A DNA stretch of 63,998 nt, the filler included, from an uncultured bacterium (GTDB lineage Bacteria > DAOPZR01): the NCBI GenBank assembly GCA_964637655.1. It is 8 parts of 8 records of this genome, joined end to end, with 100 filler letters (N's around TTAATTAATTAA, not from the genome) between each part and the next. Parts side by side here need not be neighbours in the genome. Positions count along the whole stretch, not along the records: positions 51,748 to 60,135 come from CAZWUZ010000178.1; positions 60,236 to 63,998 come from CAZWUZ010000330.1; 6 more parts are not named here. One strand, written 5' to 3'. This document shows positions 57,201 to 63,998 of this stretch, one piece after another. The translations under genes and the position numbers were made by a program. The notes under the pieces were generated by a model. It worked only from the letters and a program-made list of their open reading frames with translations. It made no database searches and was not told the DNA's origin. Numbering within the stretch: the first letter of the stretch is position 1; every line of letters starts with the position of its first letter.

Positions 57201-58139
57201 TTACTTTATGATCAAGTATCGATACCCCTTCTTCACGAGGTCGCATGCGGTCTTGTGGTTGATTCTAGCCAACGTCTCATTTTCCCTTATTATGTCACGT
57301 CGGTGGGCCTCACTGTTGTACGGCCTGTTCAATCGACTCGCATATACTTTTTCCACAATCTGCGAATATTTCATACCGCTCTGCCGCAGGTCGTATATCT
57401 GCAAGTACGTTTCGAGTTGTACTATATCCGCCCGTGAATATGCGTATCGTTGCTTCCGATACGTATGATATTGGCGTTGTTGCTCCTTGATAATATGTTT
57501 AAACTCTTCGTCGATCAGTTCGCTGCTTGCCTGCAGGTTTACGACGACTTCCATACATATCGGGACATCTGCCTTCGTCCCCTTTCCTAAATTGATTTTG
57601 CTTCCTATCTGGTTCAGGGTGTTGCGCAGCCTCGTACGTCCAGAGGTGAGTGAATCGGTCGAATCATATAAGTTTTCTGTCACTTCGGGGAACAATTCTG
57701 ATAGCGTCCCCTTTGCGATCCCCCAGTCTGCCGGTCCAGCGATGTAAACACCTTTGGGCAGACACACTTTGTCAGGATCCACGAACGCCGTAATGCCATA
57801 ATTGCGCCGCAAGACTACTTCCGCTGCCTTTCGCATCTGCCGCTGAACTTTTGGTGATGCCCGCAGATGTTCCGCAGCATATGCGTCGCGAATAAGTTCT
57901 TCATCCGCAGCGCTGAATGATGCTTTTTGGTCAATGATTGTCTGCGCCTTTTGCTGCAGCTTCTTTATCTTGTTAGACGTGCTCGTATACAACAATCTAT
58001 GGCATTCAGACCAGAATGACCGGTAATCGCGATTTCTTCGCAAATACTGCCATCGATAGTTCTGGCTATCGGCGTTCAGCCCCTGACCCTTCCTGATGCT
58101 TTTGATATTCCCGATGGATACGCACCCATGCTTCTTCAT
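57201..58139 (-). CDS. FseA-like transcriptional activator (DUF6499-like N-terminus, DUF2285-like C-terminus)
   Basis: RWQYLRRNRDY resembles the AWEFLRRNxxY motif. The C-terminal LQIYDLRQSGMKYSQIVEKVY...ACDLVKKGYRYL resembles the DUF2285 HTH and GYRxL ending. Confidence 0.65.
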   Translation of the reverse strand: MKKHGCVSIGNIKSIRKGQGLNADSQNYRWQYLRRNRDYRSFWSECHRLLYTSTSNKIKKLQQKAQTIIDQKASFSAADEELIRDAYAAEHLRASPKVQRQMRKAAEVVLRRNYGITAFVDPDKVCLPKGVYIAGPADWGIAKGTLSELFPEVTENLYDSTDSLTSGRTRLRNTLNQIGSKINLGKGTKADVPICMEVVVNLQASSELIDEEFKHIIKEQQRQYHTYRKQRYAYSRADIVQLETYLQIYDLRQSGMKYSQIVEKVYASRLNRPYNSEAHRRDIIRENETLARINHKTACDLVKKGYRYLIIK

Positions 58140-58148
58140 CCGTATCCC

Positions 58149-60135
58149 CTACTCAAGTCGCAGAAATACGCTGCCTGCGTCACGATAGCTCCCGCCTTTC
58201 AAATACGCCGCATCAACCCTGATCACGCACCCCGCCAGCTCCGCCGGCAGGCGCAGCACGCAGCGATACTCGCCCGATTCCATCGACGTCAGATCGTCAA
58301 ACCAGACAACCATATTGCCACGATCCTCGCCGTCGTCGTAGACCGCCACCACATCGCCACCCTGTGGCACCTCGGTTTCGACATTCACCCGCAGGGTAAG
58401 CGGCAGTACGGCGTTCTTCACCGTAATGCGCAGGGCAACAGAGCCGCCCGGCGCCGCAACCTCCTGTGCCGGAGCAGCCCAAACAATCGCGTTTCTCAAT
58501 ATGTCTGCCAATGCCGCCGCGTTTTTGCTGTATTCCGACACTGCGTACAGGACCTTACCCAGGCCCCAAGCGTTGGCAACCACGGCCGGATAGGCTGCTT
58601 GCCGGCCTCCTCCGTTGCCATTACCATGCCCGTTGCCGTTCCTGCTCTCATCAGTTTCCGTCAGTGTCAGTGTCACCATGCCCAGCACATCGCCGGACAG
58701 GACCTCCGTGATGCGTTTCGTCTTCCCCTCGATGGTCAAGGTCAGTGTGTCCTCTACCAGGTCGCCCTGATTGACTGTCAGGGTTGCGCCGCCATTCAGT
58801 ACGCCGGCAACCTTGACCCCGAAGATATTCTGCCAGCCCCGGTCGGTGCTCTCCGGGGTGTTGATGTCCTCATACCCCAGGCTCACCAGCGATTTGCCAA
58901 GTGCCACCTGATCCGCCAAACGGGAGTTGGCAATATCGTCCAGCGCCACCTGGTCGCCAATAATCAGGTAGGTATTGTAATCAGCCAACGCCGCCGTGAG
59001 ATCAGTCACGTTCTCGACTATGCGATAATCAAGTGCTGCACTATCCAGGGCCGCCTGCAGCGCCGCCAGTCCTGCTTCCTTGCTTGAGGGTTGCTCGTTC
59101 GCGGGTCCATTCCACCACGCCAGCACACGCGGCGTGTTCAACAGTCCTGCCGATACCTCAAGCGCTGGCTTTACCGTGATCGTCCGAATCTGCGTCGCTC
59201 CAACGTTTCCGGCATTATCAGTCGCGCGATAAGCGATGGTCGCTATGCCACTCGCAACGCCAGCCTGTTGCAGTTCGAACGGAGCAGAATATACCTGCCA
59301 ACTGCCGCCGTTGATTGCATACTCGATGCTCGCCACGCCACTGATAGCATCCGTGGCCGAGATCGACACCAGCGTTTCCGGCACCGCAATTGCTCCGGAA
59401 GCGTCCGTCGTGTCGAGCAACAGTTCGCATACCGGCGGAGCAACGTCGTACTGTTCGACTATCTCAACCTCGAATTCACCCTCGCTGGTATTCCCCACTC
59501 TGTCGGAGACCTGATAGCGCTCCATGTACACGCCCGGCGTCGAGAAGCTAACCGGACCGGCATACGGGCACAGTTCGCCACCTTCATGTGCCAGACTCAG
59601 TGTTTCCACGCCACTGCCGGAGCCATCTGTTGCGGTCAGCGTCAGGCGCTGCAGAGCATCGAGTCCCCATTCAACAGTCGGGGAGACGCTATCCCGTACA
59701 AACGGCACCTCAATAGTGCCTGTCCGATTCCCCAGGCCGTCCTGCGCGTAGTAGCGCAGTATATGCGCTCCGTCAGTCGTCGGCATCTGCACAGACACCT
59801 GGGTCGTTGCTGATCTCCACCAGTTGTCATCCACCTGATAGTGCACACTCGGCTGCCATGACGGGTTGTTGTCCGTCGCCTTCAGTACAAACTGCGTGCT
59901 CCCCGCAATATACCCGTCAACATGCGGACCGTTCTGTTCCAACCAAACCGTCGGCGGTTCCTGTTCCTGCAGCACGGTCACTGTCGCGTTGCCCGTCGTG
60001 CTGTTTCCGGCAAGATCAGACGCCTGGACATCCACTTTCCAGCTGCCATAGATAACTGAACCGTACGAACCGCCTATGCCATCCCACGTATACACGTGGG
60101 GACCATTATCGAGTAATGTGGCTGTCTGCAAGGTC
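58149..60135 (-). CDS. Large extracellular protein with tandem Ig-like repeats, 5' partial
   Basis: Repeated D..PP...ATD..SGV...Y...Y.A.D..GN motifs. Confidence 0.75.
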
Positions 60136-60235
60136 NNNNNNNNNNNNNNNNNNNNNNNNNNNNNNNNNNNNNNNNNNNNTTAATTAATTAANNNNNNNNN
60201 NNNNNNNNNNNNNNNNNNNNNNNNNNNNNNNNNNN

Positions 60236-60313
60236 CTGAGGGGGAAGGTTGGATGAGGGTGAATAGATACGCTTATTCGCATCTGCAGTGGTAGCCGCAG
60301 GCTTCAGCCTGCG
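60236..60313. repeat. Two REP-like elements at the contig start
   Basis: 60236-60265 equals 45319-45348, and 60288-60313 is the reverse complement of 51575-51600. Confidence 0.8.
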
Positions 60314-60350
60314 GTAGTCAGCATTCCGCAGTCGCTTGTGGGGGTGCCGG

Positions 60351-60764
60351 TTAGGCCAGCCGCCGCATATATTCCCTGATCGACTGCGCCGTTGTTGCGC
60401 TCAGCGGGGCCGGCAGTTCGTCCGGGGCGAACCACCCGAACGCCGCCGTCTTTTCCGGTTCCCTGATGCGCGGTTTCCCGCTGACGATGCGCGCGCAAAA
60501 GCCGACGCTCACCCAGTGCTGCCCTGCCTCCGGCAGAAACTGTTCCGTCCACCCGAGATTGTCGAGCAGTTCGATTTCCACCCCGAGTTCCTCACGCACC
60601 TCGCGCCGCACGGCGTCGGCAACGGTCTCGCCGAATTCCACTGCGCCCCCGGGACGCGCCCAGCAGCCCGCCTCGTTGCGGCTCGCCGGCCCCCGCTGCA
60701 GCAGCAGGATTTTCCCTGCCGCATCGATGAGCAGCGCCCCGCACCCCACCCCGACCTGCTTCAT
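60351..60764 (-). CDS. NUDIX hydrolase
   Basis: PGGAVEFGETVADAVRREVREELG Nudix box. Confidence 0.93.
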   Translation of the reverse strand: MKQVGVGCGALLIDAAGKILLLQRGPASRNEAGCWARPGGAVEFGETVADAVRREVREELGVEIELLDNLGWTEQFLPEAGQHWVSVGFCARIVSGKPRIREPEKTAAFGWFAPDELPAPLSATTAQSIREYMRRLA

Positions 60765-62080
60765 CGTCCGCCCCGGTACATGGATTTCGCTTTCGCCGCC
60801 TGCACGCGATGGTCGACCACCGGCTGCACGTACGGCAGCCGGTGCGTCAGCGGGTCATGCAGTTGCGCCGCCGGCAGGTGTTTAAGTTCCGGCAGCCACT
60901 GCCTGATATACGCCGCGTCCGCATCGAACCGCTGCGCCTGCAGCAGGGGGCTGAAGATGCGTACCGGCTTCGGGTCCGCCCCCACCGACGCCGACCACTG
61001 CCAGTTGCCGATATTGACCGCCGCATCGTAATCGAGCAGCCACCGCGCGAAGTGCCGCTCGCCGGGCCGCCAGTCGCAGAGCAGGTCCTTGCACAGGAAC
61101 GACGCGACCATCATCCGCACCCGCCCGTGCATCCACCCCTCCGTGTGCAGCTGCCGCAGCCCTGCGTCGACATACGGGTACCCCGTCTCCGCCCGCTCCC
61201 ACGCCCGCAGCAGTTTCCCGTCGTTCTCCCAGCGCAGGTGCCGGCGCTTCGCCTGGAATTCCCACACCAGCGCGTCGGGAAAATGCCGCGCGATATGATG
61301 CCAGAACTCGCGCCACGCCAGTTCGCTGATGAACGTCTCCGCGCCCCGCGCGCGCGCCGCGTGCAGCGCCTCGCGCGGTGAGATAAGCCCGAACCTGATA
61401 TACGGCGACAACCGCGAGGTGCCATCGAGGCCCGGCAGGTTGCGCGTCCGCTCATAGTCACCGTAGGCGAACGCGCGCAGCCGCTTTCTGCCCCACGCCG
61501 CGTCCCACGCGCTGCTGCCGCCCCGCACCCGCCGCAGCACCGTTTCCGTTTCCGGCACTGCCACGGTCATCCGCCACCGCCGCGGCAGCGGGAAGAGTGC
61601 CGGCGCCGCGTGCTGCCGCCAGAGCCGGTAGAACGCGGAGAACACCTTGCGCGGGGGGAGCAGGCCATGCGGCACGGTCAGCGCATCGTCGAACGTCTTT
61701 ACCGCCACGCCCTGCGCCGCGCACCGCTTCGCCACCTGCGCGTCGCGCTCCTGGCCCGCCGCGCTCAGCGCGGCGTTGTGGTAGAGCGCGTCCGCCTGCC
61801 ACTGCTGCAGCAGGCGCGGCAATTCGCGCTGCGGGTCGCCGTAAACCAGCGCCAGCCGTGTCCCCCGCGCACGCAGCTGCCCGTCGAGGTGGCGCACCGC
61901 TTCCTTCAGGAACCCGACCCGCGCATCGTCGCGCGGCAAGCCGTCAAGAATCGTGGTGTCAAACACGAACAGGGGAACCACTTCCGCGCCGTCGCGCGCC
62001 GCATGGTACAGCGCCGTATTATCGTGCAGGCGCAGGTCACGCCGCAGCCAGCAGACGATACGTTGGTACGGTTTTGCCAT
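60761..62080 (-). CDS. phrB: Deoxyribodipyrimidine photolyase (class I CPD photolyase/cryptochrome family)
   Basis: WLRRDLRLHDN, TSRLSPYIRFG, ELAWREF, TGYPYVDAGLRQL, GWMHGRVRM, NIGNWQW. Confidence 0.93.
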   Translation of the reverse strand: MAKPYQRIVCWLRRDLRLHDNTALYHAARDGAEVVPLFVFDTTILDGLPRDDARVGFLKEAVRHLDGQLRARGTRLALVYGDPQRELPRLLQQWQADALYHNAALSAAGQERDAQVAKRCAAQGVAVKTFDDALTVPHGLLPPRKVFSAFYRLWRQHAAPALFPLPRRWRMTVAVPETETVLRRVRGGSSAWDAAWGRKRLRAFAYGDYERTRNLPGLDGTSRLSPYIRFGLISPREALHAARARGAETFISELAWREFWHHIARHFPDALVWEFQAKRRHLRWENDGKLLRAWERAETGYPYVDAGLRQLHTEGWMHGRVRMMVASFLCKDLLCDWRPGERHFARWLLDYDAAVNIGNWQWSASVGADPKPVRIFSPLLQAQRFDADAAYIRQWLPELKHLPAAQLHDPLTHRLPYVQPVVDHRVQAAKAKSMYRGGR

Positions 62081-62108
62081 TGTGCCGCTCCCGCTCACCT
62101 GCTATACT
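62080..62108 (+). promoter_or_regulatory. Sigma70 promoter, probably giving a leaderless mRNA for the DUF2238 gene
   Basis: TTGTGC-17-TATACT with TGn, 7 nt before ATG 62116. Confidence 0.55.
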
Positions 62109-62115
62109 GCCGCGC

Positions 62116-62748
62116 ATGCAGACGGATGCGCGATTCGACCTGAGCGCCCTGACCCCCGCGCCGCCGCGCACCGCGCGGCTGCTGCTCGCGCTCTACCTCG
62201 TCTACTTTACCATACTCGGTATCGCCCCGTACGACCGCACGGTCTGGTGGGCGGAGAACCTCCCCATCCTGCTCATCGTCGGCACCCTCACCGCCACCTA
62301 CCGCCGCTTCGCCTTCTCCACTACCGCCTACGCGCTCATGGGCTTTCTCGTCTTCCTGCACACGCTCGGCGGGCATTTCACCTTCGCGCTGGTGCCGTTC
62401 GACTGGGTGACGGACTGGTTCGGTTTTTCGCGCAACCATTACGACCGTATCGCGCATTTCACCGTCGGCTTCTACGCCTGGCCGCTCGCCGAGTTTCTGC
62501 TCCGCCGCAACCTCACCCGCGCGCGCGGCGTCCTCTGCTTGTTTCCCGTCAGCGCCATTCTCGCCGTCGCGGCGCTCTACGAGATCTTCGAATGGCAGTA
62601 TGCGGTGCTGGGCGACCCGGCAGCGGGGCTCGCCGTGCTCGGTTCGCAGGGCGACATCTGGGACGCGCAGAAGGACATGCTGGCTGACGGGCTCGGCGCG
62701 GTCACCGCGACGCTCTTCTTCCTCTGGCGTACCCGCCCGCGCCGCTGA
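62116..62748 (+). CDS. DUF2238 (YjdF-like) inner membrane protein
   Basis: PYDRTVWWAEN, RNHYDRIAHF, YEIFEW, LGSQGDIWDAQKDM. Confidence 0.9.
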   Translation: MQTDARFDLSALTPAPPRTARLLLALYLVYFTILGIAPYDRTVWWAENLPILLIVGTLTATYRRFAFSTTAYALMGFLVFLHTLGGHFTFALVPFDWVTDWFGFSRNHYDRIAHFTVGFYAWPLAEFLLRRNLTRARGVLCLFPVSAILAVAALYEIFEWQYAVLGDPAAGLAVLGSQGDIWDAQKDMLADGLGAVTATLFFLWRTRPRR

Positions 62749-62752
62749 CCGC

Positions 62753-63998
62753 TCACCCCGCCGCCGTACGCATCACCCGCCGCAGTTCTCCCGCCAGCAC
62801 CCCGAGCACCACCAGCGCCGCCGCGCCGCGCAGCAGCAGGTCGACCGGCAGCGGCAGGTGCCACAGCTGGAACTGGCCCCAGATGGCCAGCAGCAGCAGC
62901 AGCCAGGGCAGCAGTCCGCGCCATGCCGCCCGGTGACTCACATCGCTCACCTGCGCCCGCCGCCGCAGCCACGCCAGCGCCAGCAGCAGCACGCCATAGG
63001 CGAGCACCGTCGCCAAGGCCGCGCCCGCCAGCGGCATGACCGGGATCAGCAGCAGGTCGAGCACCACATTCACCAGCAGCGCCAGCAGCGCCGCCGCAAG
63101 GATGTAGCCCGGCTTCTTCGCGCGGTGGTAGCCGACCGAGAAAAACGAGTAGAGCCCGTACAGCACATAGCCGAGCGCGATGAGCGCGATGAGTCCGGGC
63201 TCTGCCGCGTACGCATGCACCGGGGTGAGCAGGAACAGGTAGGGCGCAAACATGACCAGCAGCAGCGCCCCCGCGGTCAGCGCCATGACAAACAGCCGGT
63301 AGGTGGCAAGGTCCGTCCCCCCGCCGCGCGTATAGATGTATTCCGGCCAGAGCATCTGCAGCGGGGTAATGAGCAGCAGCAGCAACGCGGCGATTTTGTA
63401 GTTGAAATCGTAGATGCCCACCAGCGTCGCGTCACCCGTCAGCCACTGCAGCAGCAGGCGGTCGAGCAGTTCGAGACCGCAGAAAACCAGTCCCGTCGCC
63501 GCCAGCGGCAGTCCGAACGCCGCGTAGCGCCGCAGCCGCTGCCGCAGTTCCCCCGCGGGGAGCGCGACGGCCAGCACCGCGCGCAGCCGCACGATGAGCA
63601 GCAGTGCCACCAGCGCGTTGGCCAGCAGCATCCCCCAGAATGCGCCCGTCACCCCGAGCCCCGCCAGCAGCACCGCCCCGTAGACCAGCACCAGCCGCAG
63701 GCCGTTCAGCAGCAGGTTCGCCTGCAGGAACTGCCGTGCCTCCCCGGCGATGCGGAAGCGGATGAGCAGGGCGTAGACCAGCGCGTTGCACAGCACGTAG
63801 AGCAGGATCACCGGGTAGAACGCCGCATCCGTATCCGCCGTGAGGAAGGCGTTCCGGTACCACCCGTGCAGCGGCAGCGCCACCAGCACCAGCAGCAGCG
63901 TTACGGCCGCAATCCCGCGCAGGAAGGTGGCGAACTGTTCATCCCGTGTTCCCGCCGCTGCCTCGTTGTAATGCCGCATGAAGCCCGTCCCCAGCCCG
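62753..63998 (-). CDS. Polysaccharide flippase (Wzx/MATE-like), 5' partial
   Basis: Many TM helices, YAAFGLPL, DRLLL..VGIY, NVVLDLLLIP..GAALAT. Confidence 0.85.
   Translation of the reverse strand, partial: GLGTGFMRHYNEAAAGTRDEQFATFLRGIAAVTLLLVLVALPLHGWYRNAFLTADTDAAFYPVILLYVLCNALVYALLIRFRIAGEARQFLQANLLLNGLRLVLVYGAVLLAGLGVTGAFWGMLLANALVALLLIVRLRAVLAVALPAGELRQRLRRYAAFGLPLAATGLVFCGLELLDRLLLQWLTGDATLVGIYDFNYKIAALLLLLITPLQMLWPEYIYTRGGGTDLATYRLFVMALTAGALLLVMFAPYLFLLTPVHAYAAEPGLIALIALGYVLYGLYSFFSVGYHRAKKPGYILAAALLALLVNVVLDLLLIPVMPLAGAALATVLAYGVLLLALAWLRRRAQVSDVSHRAAWRGLLPWLLLLLAIWGQFQLWHLPLPVDLLLRGAAALVVLGVLAGELRRVMRTAAG

Larger units (their letters stand above)
51748..58139 (-). mobile_element. 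Probable integrative/mobilizable or rolling-circle element (boundaries unknown)
   Basis: Co-oriented FseA-like regulator, HUH Rep, RHH-like protein, sigma factor and VirD4-like ATPase, with lower GC than the core contigs. Confidence 0.7.

Overview
This window is a concatenation of eight short contigs from a draft or metagenome-assembled genome of a mostly GC-rich bacterium. They are joined by 100-bp N spacers containing TTAATTAATTAA, so adjacency across spacers carries no meaning. Contig 1 (1-8675) holds a >1240-aa tandem FapA/DUF342 + Jag_N protein missing from the ORF track, a CARDB lipoprotein, a LysM/M23 peptidase, rho and a degenerate GGDEF-like protein. Contig 2 is a TPR-ino1-receiver-MCP-CoA transferase-MCP operon. 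Contig 3 is one giant beta-helix/FN3 surface protein strongly enriched in D-S/T motifs. Contig 4 has dnaK-grpE-dnaJ-degP, an orphan tRNA-dependent cyclodipeptide synthase, a duplicated promoter cassette, pseudogene debris and an IS91-like tail. Contig 5 has a hybrid kinase and a type I R-M/AlbA_2 defence island. Contig 6 has a GT4-GT9 fusion, dnaE, an aldo/keto reductase and a GT2-TPR protein. Contig 7 is a probable mobile element: an FseA-like (DUF6499/DUF2285-type) activator, a rolling-circle HUH Rep, a cluster of 14-bp repeats, an RHH-like protein, a metallophosphoesterase, a sigma factor and a VirD4-like ATPase. Contig 8 has a NUDIX hydrolase, a photolyase, a DUF2238 protein and a flippase. 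The best candidates for new biology are the contig-7 element, the orphan CDPS and the D-S/T-rich giant protein. All family calls come from motif recognition by eye, with no database searches.
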